Positions 25,776 through 38,669 of a stretch of DNA of 64,000 nucleotides are shown here, piece after piece. The notes beneath the pieces were generated by a model. The model worked only from the letters and a program-made list of their open reading frames with translations. It did no database searches and was not told the DNA's origin. Positions within the stretch are counted from its first letter, which is position 1; the number at the start of each line of letters is the position of its first letter. The stretch is from contig NC_042997.1 of NCBI RefSeq assembly GCF_006345805.1, positions 95,108,001-95,172,000 of the forward strand, in the 5' to 3' direction. The translations under genes were made by a program, and so were the position numbers. Origin of the DNA: Octopus sinensis. Lineage: Eukaryota.

Positions 25776-26619
25776 GTGTGTGTGTGTTGTGTGTGTGTGT
25801 GTGTGTGTGTGCACGCATTATATATACAAATGTATACAAATGAGATATATATCTGTATAAATTACATTAGAGATAAAACCACTAATAGGCAAATGAAACA
25901 GTGAAAAACCAAAAACAAAAACATAAAAAAATATAATATATAAAATATATAAAATATAAAATTGAAAAATTTAAATTACTTAAATTGAAAATAAAAATTA
26001 TTAAATTATATTTATAATTTGTTTAAAAATATATATTACTATGAAAAAGTATGAAAAAGTTTAATATACATAAATACAGATATATACACTTTGTATATAT
26101 ATACATTATATATACATATTTATATATAGAACACACACACACACACATACATTATATATACATATTTATATATAGAACACACACACACCTATAAATGAAC
26201 GCAAGAATATCTGATTCACCATATTTGTTCTCATGCTCATGTGTTGTTGGTGACAGACAGATACATAAAAGAACGCCGAAGTGATAGGAAGGTAGGAAAC
26301 AGAGTGAGTGAAAAAGAGAGGAAATAGCGACAGATACATCAAAGAACACAGTCTGACGAAATTTACATTAAATAACAGGAGTGGATATGTCAAAGTTATA
26401 TATTTATGAAGGGGAGTGAGAGGGTAATGGAGGAAATAGCGTGAGTGAGGGAGATGGCCCCTAGCAACCACACCTTTTAAGATAGGTATTTCTAAGGTAG
26501 CCCACGGGTATCGACACCTCATTCTACATGTCCCTGCAAATTTTGGAGCGAATCGGACGGGATATAGTGGCATTGAAAGCGATTCAAGCGGTAAAAACGC
26601 ATTTCAGTTTTATATATAT
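24689..26619 (+). mobile_element. Non-autonomous Helitron-like element, unit A of a head-to-tail dimer
   Basis: Starts actagctgaaggtgacccgctctacgcgcgggt (5' hairpin) and ends gcggtaaaaacgcatttcagttttatatatata. It contains a SINE/RTE-type 3' tail ending (GAT)n at ~24780-25067. Confidence 0.7.
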
Positions 26620-27690
26620 ACTAGCTGAAGGTGACCCGCTCTACGCGCGGGTAAGTGTGTGGTTGTTACTTTCTGTTGCTTCCTTTCAGCACGTAAAAAG
26701 CACCATCAGAACGTGGCGGATTGCAGCGCTGCCTTGACTGGCTTCTGTGCTGGTGGCACGTAAAAAGCACCAACCGACCGTGGCCGCTGCCAGCCCCCCT
26801 GGCACCTGTGCAGGCGACACGAAAAAAGCACCCACTACGCTCACAGAGTGGTTGGCGTTAGGAAGGGCATCCACCTGTCGAAACACTGCCAGATCAGACT
26901 GGAGCCTGGTGCAGCCTCCTGGCTTCCCAGACCCCTGTCAAACTGTCCAACCCGTGGTAGCACGGAAAACGGACGTTAAACGATGATGATGATGATGATG
27001 ATTCTCCCTCTTTGTTTCTTTCTCCTTTCTCTCTCACTTTCCCACTCTCTTACTCTTCCTTTCTCTCGGACTCTCCCTCGCTTTCTCTTACTCTCTATCT
27101 TTATATATCTCTCTCCCATTTATAAACAACAAAAGATCTTGAGTAAGTTGAGAAATAAAATATTTCGAAAGATCAATCATAAATATCAGGCAGTTACAAA
27201 GGAAAGGTCTGCTTCAAGACAGACAGCAAAACACTAACATTTAAAAGGGACAGACGAACTTGCGAGCTGAAAAAAAATAATAAAATATTGGAAACCAAAG
27301 TTTGAAGGGATATAATTTGAGGATAGTAGAGTCACCATGGCTGGCATTTCTTAACGACGGACAGCAACGTATTGACAGTTCAACGGCTGGCATAAAATTT
27401 TGAACTTGATGTAAAAGAAAATCCCTAAAAACCAAGTTTTGACTTGATTCTTTCTCACGACAGTAGACTCACCATGGCAAGCATTCAAAACTTCTTCATC
27501 ATGGACGGCAACACATTGACGATTAAAAGGCTGGAGCAAATTTTTTAGCTTGATGTAACAGAGAATTGCTAAACACCCTCTCCTTTAAATTTTAATCCCC
27601 TTCCAACCCCATTTATACCCCTTTTCACCTTTTGGTTAATATAACCCGATTTCATTTGGGTCTACTGGGGCCACATTTTATAAGATGAGG

Positions 27691-27888
27691 ACTCAACCAA
27701 GTTTCCCAAGTTCTGGTCATAGACCATAGAACACTCAACCAAGTTTCCCGATTTCTGGTCATAGACCATAGAACAGTCAAGCAAGTTTCCCGAGTTCTGG
27801 TCATAGACCATAGAACACTCAACCAAGTTTCCCGAGTTCTGGTCATAGACCATAGAACACTAAACCAAGTTTCCCGAGTTCTGGTCAT
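27691..27888 (+). repeat. 42-bp minisatellite, ~4.7 copies
   Basis: Unit actcaaccaagtttcccgagttctggtcatagaccatagaac starts at 27691, 27733, 27775, 27817 and 27859 (partial). Confidence 0.95.
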
Positions 27889-28263
27889 TTGCAGAATAAA
27901 TAGAGACGGCGGAGGTGGCAGACGTCGTTGCAATATAAACATGATTTGTTATAAGAGAAAGATTGTCCAGATTGTGTGTTGGTGGTGTTGGTGGTGGCGA
28001 TGATAATTATCATTAGGAAAAAGAGTGAGTGAGTGAGGAAGACATACATACGTTGTGGCGATGATAATTGTAGACCCCTTTTCACATTTTGATGAAGAGA
28101 ACCCGATTTCATTCGGGTGTACTGGGGCCACATATAGGTGTGTGTGTGTGTGTGTGTGCACGCTGTAGAAATTAAATTAGAGATAAAACCACTAATAGGG
28201 AAATGAAACAGTAAAAAACCAAAAACAAAAACATAAAAATAAAAATATAATATTAGATATATG

Positions 28264-28294
<31 letters not shown>

Positions 28295-28574
28295 TGACAG
28301 GTAGACAATAGAATGCGATGACGATGGGGATGGCTATGTAATATTTGTTACTGTCCATGAACGCTGATAGATACATGAGTAAAATGTATAGGAAGGTAAG
28401 AGATAGAGTGAGTGAAAATGTTCTTGGAAGAGAGTAAATAGCGACAGAGTGATTTGAGGAAGACTTTACATTAAATAACGGTAGTTGCATTGTCAAATGA
28501 AGGGGAGTGACAGAGTACTGGAGGAAATAGGGTGAGGTAGGAAGATGGCCCCTAGCAACCACACCTTTTAAGAT

Positions 28575-28812
28575 AGGGATTTGTAAGGTAGCCCACGCGC
28601 ATCGTCACCTCATTCTACATGTCCCTGTAAATTTTGGAGCGAATCGGACGGGATGTAGTGGCATTGAAAGCGAACCAAGCGGTAAAAACGCATAGGGATT
28701 TGTAAGATAGCCCACGCGCATCGTCACCTCATTCTACATGTCCCTGTAAATTTTGGAGCGAATCGGACGGGATGTAGTGGCATTGAAAGCGAACCAAGCG
28801 GTAAAAACGCAT
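28575..28812 (+). repeat. 119-bp tandem duplication of the Helitron subterminal region
   Basis: agggatttgtaag...gcggtaaaaacgcat at 28575-28693 and 28694-28812, differing at one base. Confidence 0.95.
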
Positions 28813-28862
28813 TTCAGTTTTATATATAGAGATATATATTATTTTATAGAAGGAGCTTCTAC

Positions 28863-28903
28863 AGGACTAGAACTGTTTCATTCAGAGGAAATCTTCAGGT
28901 CCC
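28863..28903 (-). ncRNA. Degenerate type I hammerhead ribozyme motif
   Basis: Minus strand: GGGAC-CTGAAGA-TTTC-ctct-GAAT-GAAA-CAGTTC-T-A-GTCCT. Core and stem I are intact; stems II and III each have a mismatch. Confidence 0.5.
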
Positions 28904-29226
28904 AAAATTACCGCAGAGCTTAATGACCACCGCGAACAAAAACTATTCGCCGGGAGCTGAACAAAGCCGGATTTAACGGGAGGCCTGCAATTAGAAAACC
29001 ACTTATTTTGAAAAACAAACGTTGCAACGCATTTAGAGTGGAGTAAAAACCTACAGAATTGGTCCTTAGAGCAGTGGAAGAATGTTATTTTCTCGGACAA
29101 GGCATCATTTACCTTATTACCGACCGGGTATACGTGTGGAGAGAGCCAATAGAAGTGTTTGACCCAGACTGCCTTCTTCCAACTGTTAAACTTGGAATAG
29201 GATTTGTAACGATCTGGGGGGGGGGG
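28901..29226 (+). mobile_element. Tc1-family transposase fragment
   Basis: KITAELNDH..IRRELNKAGFNGRPAIRKPLI..HLEWSKNLQNWSLEQWKNVIFSDKASF..RVYVWR..LLPTVK..TIWGG, across frameshifts. Confidence 0.8.
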
Positions 29227-29228
29227 TG

Positions 29229-29272
<44 letters not shown>

Positions 29273-29480
29273 CTCCTCTGTTGATGAAAAATTGCTCCAA
29301 TACACCACGACGTCTGAAGCTTTTGAATTTTTCGTAACTTTTTTACACTTTCTCTAACTTTTTTTTTATACTTTCTAAACTTTTTTGGTACTCTCTGCTT
29401 TTTCCCATTGTCGCTTCGCTATGATAGATCGCTAGCCACTACACATTATTTATTTTCTCTCCCTGTTTCTTTCTGTGTTC

Positions 29481-29516
29481 CTTTCTGTGGAAGAGCGTAG
29501 GCTCGAAACGTTAAAG
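29481..29516 (+). ncRNA. Minimal hammerhead-like motif with A6U core variant
   Basis: CTTT-CTGTGGA-A-GAGC-gtag-GCTC-GAAA-CGT-T-AAAG. Stems I and II are perfect and stem III is the palindrome ACGT. Confidence 0.55.
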
Positions 29517-29607
29517 ATTTCTTCACTTCCCGAGCGTTATACTAATACAACTGTTTGTTGCGTACACCACCTGCCTTCGCTTATTCCTTTTTTTGTAAAT
29601 TCTCCCG

Positions 29608-29677
<70 letters not shown>

Positions 29678-30692
29678 GTGTGTGTGTGTGTGTGTGTGTG
29701 CATGTGTGTGTGCGCGCACGGATTGTTTATGCAAACGTACACATGTACACATATTTCATTATATTATGCATTTTTGAAATGTAGTAGCACTTTCTTTCCT
29801 TATATATCTACTCAGATTCTCTAATGTCACTCTTTCTTTTGTAAGATGTTAATATTTTCTTTGTCATTGACGGTGTCATGCGCACTCTGTTCTCAGTCGA
29901 TGTTATATGAATAAATGAATATATATCTTTAACCGATTAATAGTTAGGAAATAGTTTTCATTTTAAAGAGAGAGTCAATACATCAAATAAACATTCCAGT
30001 TTAATGGTTGACGTGGTGTGTGTATTTGCATATAAAATCTAAAAATAAGAGCAATTATCTATAGTTATACTTCTGGAAAGGTTGCTTCGAAATTTTATAA
30101 CGTTACTTTTTTTCCGTGTCTCTGTGAATTTGCACATTAGTAATACAGTCACGTAGTCACATTTTAAGAGAAAACGAAACAATTGTAAATTGCCAAACAA
30201 TTTTCAATATTTCACAATAGAGAGATATGACTAAATCGTTATTTCTAGCGCTGATATCAAGTAATGCATATAAGCTTGCATGGTATTTGTTAGAACGAAA
30301 AAATTTTGTCGTTATTTTTTTCTTTTAGATAATTTTAAACTATGATTGTAGTCTGGAACACGATTAATCCGGTAAACAAAGAAAAGAGAGAAAAAAAAAC
30401 CGGTAATGAGAGAAATACGTTTCGTCGCCAATTAGTTCAATCAGCGGTAAGAGTGCGTGCATAAACGAAAGCTAAGAATGATTTGCAAGCAGGATTACCG
30501 CGTTTCTTTGTCTAGTGGCCCGTACCCATTCCATTCACACCGTATATGTTAATGTCATATGGGCATCTGTATTTATGGCGGACACGGCATATTTTACACT
30601 ACCCGACGTGTTTTTTTTAGCTTTATGTATGTCTGTCAGTCTGTGTGGCTGTATGTATGTGTATACTAACACACACACACACATATATATAT

Positions 30693-30749
<57 letters not shown>

Positions 30750-30790
30750 CACATACACACACAGATACATTCACACACACACACATATAA

Positions 30791-30844
<54 letters not shown>

Positions 30845-31721
30845 ATTTCAGTCAATGTAAGGTAGCACACATGGATACTTGTCCATGTGCTCAGCATGTG
30901 AACTGTTGTTTGCCTTTCAAGTCACCAGAAGGCGAAAAAACTTTTAAACTAATTTGGCATTTTGTATTGGCTTCCATAATTATGTAATTCCCACCATGTT
31001 TTAGAGAATAACGGCGTCTATTTATATTAGGAGACAATGTACGAATACAAATATAAGAGTTATAAGACACTTCGTCTAAATTCTCTAAAGTTACAACTAT
31101 GTCGTAAAAGAAAAAATATCTTGAATGCATAGATTTTTAAATGGGAATATTCTCTGACAATAGGATTTCCGTTAGCACACGTGAAATAGAAGTAATGCTG
31201 TATTTTGTTTTTCATATTAATTACATGATTCTATATATAGCATTTCATTCTTTCAAATGTGTCTTGTATTCTACGTCAAACATGGAGTAATTAATAAGAT
31301 TTATTTTCTTTTAAAGAAAAAAATATCGGCTCGAAATCGGTCTTTATATCACGCACAATGATGTCTCCTGCAATGGATAATGGGAATACATCTTGACTTT
31401 CATAGATTTTTGCATGTCTTTCAACACAGTGACAGTAAAGATGTTCCATATACATAAAAAGAAAAAAAAAACATAGCCGAACAAAAGAAAATTGAGGAAA
31501 ACTTTGTCAATTATTTCCATTTGTCTGAAGCTTTATAACATTAAAAGGGAACTAGAAAATAGATAGAAACATGCCGAAATCCATATATGCTCATATACCT
31601 ATGCTTTCTCACTCACTATGAGATTATATACATACATGCACACACACATATACATATATATATATATATACATTTACACACTTATACAATGGCTACATAT
31701 ATATGCACATACATACATACA

Positions 31722-31819
<98 letters not shown>

Positions 31820-33545
31820 TATACGTATATATCTGCCGTCATATAAATGGAATATTTTATGTGCATCTTACGACCAACATTCAAATCCAGCTGGCAGGTA
31901 TAAACTTTCTCTATTTACTAGAGAAATTTAAATGAATGATTTGGCCCATTGATAGAACGTCTCTCATATGTTGACTCTTTTCCGATGGCCCTCTTTAAGC
32001 AAATATTTATACGCTATTAATTATAGCATTATTAGTTTCGAGATACATCTTTCTATTTAGTCACCGACGGAGAGAGGTGGTGGAGAGAGAATAAAAATAT
32101 GCATATATTTTACAATTTGATTACTCACTTAGAACAGTAATACATCTTACGGCGCATTCATAGTGCACTTCCAGCTATCATACAACATTTTACTCCCTAG
32201 TTTGTTTCCTTTAATTACTGTAGATGCCGAAATCTTGAAATTTATTTTGTTCCTGATCAACACCAGTGTTTGCTTGTATGACTCCCTGCAAAGTACATGG
32301 AACCTCTCAATCTTCTGAATAAATTATAAGATAACTATTTTAATTAGACTACTTCATCCCAATTCCCATGGAAGTTTCAAAAGATTTATATTTAAATATG
32401 TTTGTTATTTGCTTTGGGGGAAAGTGTAGAAAAAGTACAATGGAAAGTCTACACAGAGTACAATGCAATACCTAAATCAAAGTGTTTCATTGTTCTACTG
32501 CATTTGTTATCGTAACTGTCAACTGTACATTCGTAGATAAATTAAGTTCAATAAGACAATCGTTGATAGATAGTAATGCTGTAAACTGGCATTTAAGAAT
32601 GTAGTAGTGAATATCATTTCCTGCATGTAAATTAAATATGCATCATTCACATATACTATTTTGATATTATAAAATATTCCGCTATTTTTACGACACATAA
32701 TCGTTTTAAGAATGTTCTTTTTTACTGGACGAACATGTCACAAACTTAAATTCAAACAAATTTGCTGTACTCTCAATAAGATTCACAAATACTTCTGTCT
32801 GATCTGGTGCTGCCGAGCAGTAAATATTGATGAGACAACTGTAATATCTATATACTGCATCTATTTGATTAGTATCTTTCATGTTTGAAACAATCTATCA
32901 ATTTGATAGAATGCATGAACTTTTGTGTCAGCTCGCTGAACATTTATTAAAAGGTGATAAACTGTCAAGAGTCAATAAAGCACGAGATTATAGCCAACCC
33001 ACACTGGCACGATTTGAATCTAATTGTGGTACATCATATCTGGCAGCGAATAATGAGCATAACTGACATGACGTCAATTATTTTAGTGAATGAATGATTC
33101 ATAAATCAATTCTCATGTCTGCAATACTATACAAACCTGTTCAATAGGTACATCACCGCATCGTTTTAACTATAATTATATTTCTACATAGGGTATTCAA
33201 ACGCAAACATATCAACAATCTAACAATTCATCAATTGATTAAATGGAATAAGGAATATTGCTATATTAATCTTATGAATTCTACCTAGAATAATATATTA
33301 AAACCATTGTTGAAGTAAATAAGAGAGCATGAAAAATTATACGACAATAAATATGTATAGAAGAATATGAGAGGGCGTTATGTGTGTATCAATTTATACT
33401 TTACTCTGTCAGTCTGTATATACATACAGACACACATATATATATATATATATGTATAAATATTTCTACTATTTAAAATTATATGGTATGTATGTATATA
33501 CATACATACATACATATAATATATATATATTATATATAATATATA

Positions 33546-33586
<41 letters not shown>

Positions 33587-33840
33587 TTTATTTGTGAATT
33601 AAGGGTACCGGGATTTCTTGTAAATCCCGTGAACCAAAACGTGATTATTTCCCAAAGTGGAGGCAAACACCTATCTGCATATAATCGGCTTGAAAAATTA
33701 TTAAGATACTTCGATATTCTCCTACTCTTCTTAACATGAATCCAATGGTAGATTTAATTCACAAATAAAGAAAGTATTTATCCACCAATGAGACTGTCTG
33801 AAGCTCATATCACAATGAATCAAGGTAAGGGAGGAGAGAG

Positions 33841-33880
<40 letters not shown>

Positions 33881-34011
33881 GTTCTGTAGCCATAGTAATG
33901 ATGCACTTTTGGCAGCCAACAGCAACACAACTTATCATTGTAGTCCATCTGTGTCCCACCCCACTGCCTCCAATTGATGGTTGTCCAGTCACTTGTTGTG
34001 GGCGACAAACA

Positions 34012-34799
34012 TCAGCTTTGACTGGAGTCATTCACAATGTCACTTTCTGAGTCTGATGACCCTTCTTCATCCGATGCTATTTGTTTCTCTTCTAGTTTCT
34101 TCTTGATGGCATGGAGCCTCTTTAAGATGGACTGATAGTCAAATGAGCCTCGTTTGTCACCGAAAGGATCCAACATTGTCTGCCCCTGCTTCATGAGGTT
34201 GGCTTTACATACAGATTCATAATAATCATAATACGTGGGGAAGGACTTTTCCATCACTTCTCGAAGTGCTTGAGGACAGGTACATCGTTCTTTCAACACA
34301 ACATATCACAAACTGCAACCCGTAGAGACTCGTGCTGTATCACATCATTATACCGTTTAGCATCACCAACATTACGCTCCTGCTCAAAACCCGGCTCATT
34401 GTGATATGGTTTGTCGTTCATTAAAGACTGGATGGATATCAGAATGCTGGAAAGAGACTGAGCAGGACTCCAGGATGGGCCACTCCAGGTCCCTATGATA
34501 CTTAAACACACCTTGCCACTTCTGTAAAGGTTAGGGTTAAAACGGACTCGACCATCACCAGTAGTCATTAGTTTTACTCGTGGAGGTCTGATGGGGTAAT
34601 CTGGGGGACACCGAATTAGAAAGTAGAAGAAACCTCCTTCATAAGGCGTATCAAAAGGTCCAGTAATTAATGCATGAATTTCTGTAATATCTTCTTTGTC
34701 TGGAACTATACACATTCCTGGAGGTGGTTCATTATATATTGTCATAATATCTCTTTTTATCCGAAGAATACACTGGGGCGTTGGTTTCTCTTTATCCCA
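34012..34799 (-). pseudogene. UBE2Z: Processed (intronless) pseudogene of ubiquitin-conjugating enzyme E2 Z
   Basis: [117 protein letters not shown] is colinear with UBE2Z and has no introns. A duplicated 5-mer (caaca at 34294-34298 and 34299-34303) shifts the frame, and the 5' end is truncated at a TA tract. Confidence 0.9.
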
Positions 34800-34870
34800 A
34801 TATATATATATATATATGGCTTACGTACATATATATATATATATATATGGCTTACGTACATATATATATA

Positions 34871-34910
<40 letters not shown>

Positions 34911-34911
34911 G

Positions 34912-35030
34912 ACTTACAGCCATATCACGTTGAAAGCATCAGTTCTCGTTCGATCACCGAAGTAAGCAACGTCGAGCCTAGTTAGTACTTACATGGGTGA
35001 CCGCTTGGAAAATCTAGGTGCTGTAAGCGT
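34912..35030 (+). pseudogene. 5S rRNA: 5S rRNA pseudogene (119 nt)
   Basis: acttacagccatatcacgttgaaagcatcagttctcgttcgatcaccgaagtaagcaacgtcgagcctagttagtacttacatgggtgaccgcttggaaaatctaggtgctgtaagc. There is a 1-nt deletion in box A and several substitutions in and after box C. It is a single dispersed copy. Confidence 0.9.
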
Positions 35031-35042
35031 CACACTCTTTTA

Positions 35043-35205
35043 GGCGCAGGAGTGGTTGTGTGGTAAGTAGCTTGGTTACCAACTACATGGTTCCTGGTTC
35101 AGTCCCACTGCGTGGCACCGTGGACAGGTGTCTTCTACTATAGCCTCATGCCGACCAAAATCTTGTGAGTGGATTTGGTAGACGGAAACTGAAAGAAGCC
35201 CGTCG

Positions 35206-35238
<33 letters not shown>

Positions 35239-35472
35239 ATATCTGTGCGTGTGTGTTTGTTAGTCTGTGTTTGTCCCCACAACATCGCTTGACAACCGAT
35301 GCTGGTGTGTCTACGTCCCCGTATCTTAGCGTTTCGGCAAAAGATAGCGATAGAATAAGTACTTGGCTTGCAAAAAATAAGTCCTGGGATCGATTTGCTC
35401 GTCTAAATGCGGTGCTCCATCATGGCCGCAGTCAAATGACTGAAGCAAGTAAAAGAGTAAAAGAGTAAAGAG

Positions 35473-35475
<3 letters not shown>
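35043..35475 (+). mobile_element. Full-length tRNA-derived SINE with internal microsatellite
   Basis: A box tggttgtgtgg 35053-35063, B box ggttcagtccc 35096-35106, and a (gagtaaaa)n tail. Fragments of this family lie at ~45370-45570, ~46690-46850 (-) and ~47360-47530 (-). Confidence 0.85.
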
Positions 35476-35543
<68 letters not shown>

Positions 35544-35789
35544 CCCCTACCATTCAGCAAGTAGAAAGATATAGATACATCTTAATTACATACGTACATA
35601 TATGCATACATACATATAAATATATATATGTGAGTGCGTATAAGTGTAGAATTTCAGAGTCGTTACAACAACAGATAAAAGATACCAGTTGTTCCTATAG
35701 TATTCCTATTTTTTTGCAATTAATACGTTTGCCTTCACTTTTAATTCCTTCCCATTCTTGAGTCTTATTGTTGTCTCTTGCTTGTGCAA

Positions 35790-36390
35790 AACTAACGGCG
35801 GAGCTTGAAGCAGTCCAACGCCACTACACTAAAAAGATTGAGACAATGTAGCGGATGAGCTACAAAGATAGGGTGAGAAAACTACAGCTTTACTCCCTGG
35901 AGCGAAGGCGTGAGAGATAGGCAATAATATACATATGGAAAATTCTAGAGGGGCTAGTACCTAACTTTGGTATTGATTGTTATACAAATGCCAGAACTAG
36001 TCGGCATTGTAATGTACCAAAGCTACCATCAACTCGATCTAAATTCATGACCAGTTATTGCGATAGTCTAGGATTGAAAGGCCCACAGCTCTTCAATGCT
36101 TTTCCATAAAAATTAAGAAATATGCATAAGGTGGAAGTCGAGGTCTTCAAAAAGAAACTTGACATATTCCTCTCCACAATACGGGATGAACCAACAGCCC
36201 GACATGATGTACAGACAAGAGCAGCGGAATAAAACTCCATTATACACCAAATGTACCAATAGCTGGGACAAAGGAACATACAGGACTGGTGATGTGAAAC
36301 AATCAGTCTGAGGATGTCAGAAAGACCATGGTGGTGCTCCAACAGGACCACAGCCGCATAGATGAAACGAGTAACAGAGTAAATGAGTAT
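35790..36390 (+). mobile_element. CR1-superclade LINE 3' fragment
   Basis: AELEAVQRHYTKKI..SYKDR..LQLYSLERRRE..YCDSLGLKGPQLFNAFP..VFKKKLDIFLSTIRDEP, with stops and frameshifts. Confidence 0.75.
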
Positions 36391-36927
36391 ATACATATAT
36401 ATATATATATATATATACATATACATACATATATATGCATATGCATATATGGGTACAGTACGTCACCAATAGTAAACAAAACGAAACACGAAAACAATGA
36501 GAGAAACAAATAGAAAACAGGACGAGTAACACAAAGAACGACCCTTCATCAGTTGTCAGATGTTTATCTACTCCTCATTTCGGGAACTGAACAACAATAT
36601 GTGTCTTCGAAGACAGTTACCCCCATATGTACCAAAATAAAAGTTTGGATTTATGGGGTTCGGGTCAAAATTTGGGAACAAAAACAAAACAGTGGTGACA
36701 TACAAGGAAACCAAACGAAATCAAACATGGAGGGTCGTTAGAACCAGTGTTTTCTATTTTACCCTCGTGCTGTGTGATGTATGTGGGACAGGAGGAATAT
36801 AAATGCATTAATTGAGTATATATATATATATATACACATACGTATCTATAGATTTATATATATATACATACATACATACAAACATATATGTATATAGTAT
36901 ATACATATATATATGTATGTTCTATAT

Positions 36928-37022
<95 letters not shown>

Positions 37023-37635
37023 TATGTATATAAATATATGTATATCTATTTATGCATAAGTATCTATTTATATACTTTCATACATAGATATACACTTACA
37101 TATCTATACTTGCATACATTCACATATACACACTTAGAGATAGGTGGATATGCATACAATTTAACTATCTGAAAGGAGTTCGATAATGTACCACTTATTT
37201 TGCTAGGCGTTCTATATTCTACATCAAAACATGTCCAAATCGTCGGCAAACACGTCAAGAGTTTAGTGATGAAAAATTTGGCTGATTCCTGTACATACTG
37301 CTACTTACGTTACTCGGTTCATGTTGCAGTTGTAATCATACTGCCAATGATAGAGATATATCGATAATGTTCTTGAAAGCTTTCCAATGGAATACTGATA
37401 TGAAATCAAGTAGCTCAAATCACAGTTACCAATCCATTAGTAGACTTCTCCAATGTTTTGACCTTGTAACCTTTGTTAGGAATGATACGGGAGGAGGTGG
37501 GATTAAAAGATACTCGTTAGGATAAAAGACGGGAAACAGAGTAATCAGCAGTCTAATTAAAATAAAGTGGAAAATAGCACACAGAGTAACACTAATATGT
37601 ACGTATGTACCTATTTCTCTCTCCCTCTCCCTCTC

Positions 37636-37641
37636 TGTCTG

Positions 37642-37714
<73 letters not shown>

Positions 37715-37771
37715 GTATCTATCTACATATCTATCTATCTACATATCTATCTATCTATCTATCTATCTACA

Positions 37772-37852
<81 letters not shown>

Positions 37853-37869
37853 CTACATATCTATCTACA

Positions 37870-37908
<39 letters not shown>

Positions 37909-37910
37909 AC
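37636..37910 (+). repeat. Long (TATC)n tetranucleotide microsatellite
   Basis: Direct inspection. Confidence 0.95.
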
Positions 37911-38299
37911 ATACATACATACATAAATACATATATTTATATATATTTCTTTCCCTGTCTCTCAATATATAAATGCATGTATATACACACAAGCAATATA
38001 CATATGTATATGTGTGTTTATTTGTGTGTATGTGTGTGTGAAGACATTTCTAAGCACGCACAAACAAAAACTCAAGTACACATCTAAAAACATAGAAATA
38101 TAATGTGCATAAGCGTGTTTCTGCGTGTGTGATGACAATTATCGAAACGAACCTGAATAAATTGCAAGGAAACGAATGTGTATATCCAATACTGTTGTAT
38201 GTAGCGCAAAAACAGTTATTAAAGGGGCATTTTTTTTATCACTGCGGATTATTTTGCTTCTCGTTATGAAACCGCGTGACCTAATAGACGTTCAGTATG

Positions 38300-38520
38300 G
38301 TACCTTATCTTGATTCACATATGAATGCACATTGTCCCCAAATTTCGTTACAAGGCCAGTAATTTTAGGGCAGAAAATAAGTGGGCTACATAGAAGCCAG
38401 TGCTGCCGTGGTACTTGCTTCATCGGCCTCGAAAGACTAAGAACACCTTCGAACGGAAAGCCGCTAGGCATTTTGCCCGGCCTGTTGAAGATTCTGCCAG
38501 CACACTGCCTCGTATGTGAG
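38300..38520 (-). mobile_element. tRNA-derived SINE
   Basis: Minus strand ggcagtgtgctggcagaatc..ccgggcaaaatgcctagcgg.. resembles the head of the 16741 family. Confidence 0.55.
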
Positions 38521-38625
38521 TACATATTAAAGTACATAATGCATACAAATACGTACTTACACACAGTAAAACACAGACAATCACATACATTCATATATAT
38601 ATATTCATAATTTTATATATATATT

Positions 38626-38669
<44 letters not shown>

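Larger units (their letters stand above)
26620..28833 (+). mobile_element. Non-autonomous Helitron-like element, unit B
   Basis: Same start, internal SINE tail and end (cagttttatatatagagat) as unit A. It additionally carries a 42-bp minisatellite and a 119-bp terminal duplication. Confidence 0.7.

Noticed and set aside
27691-27888. CRISPR-like look of the hairpin-containing 42-bp repeat
   Set aside because: The units are contiguous with no unique spacers, there are no cas genes, and the context is eukaryotic.
36530-36600. CTGATGA on the minus strand near the CR1 tail
   Set aside because: There is no correctly placed GAAA or stem II partner, so it is not a hammerhead.
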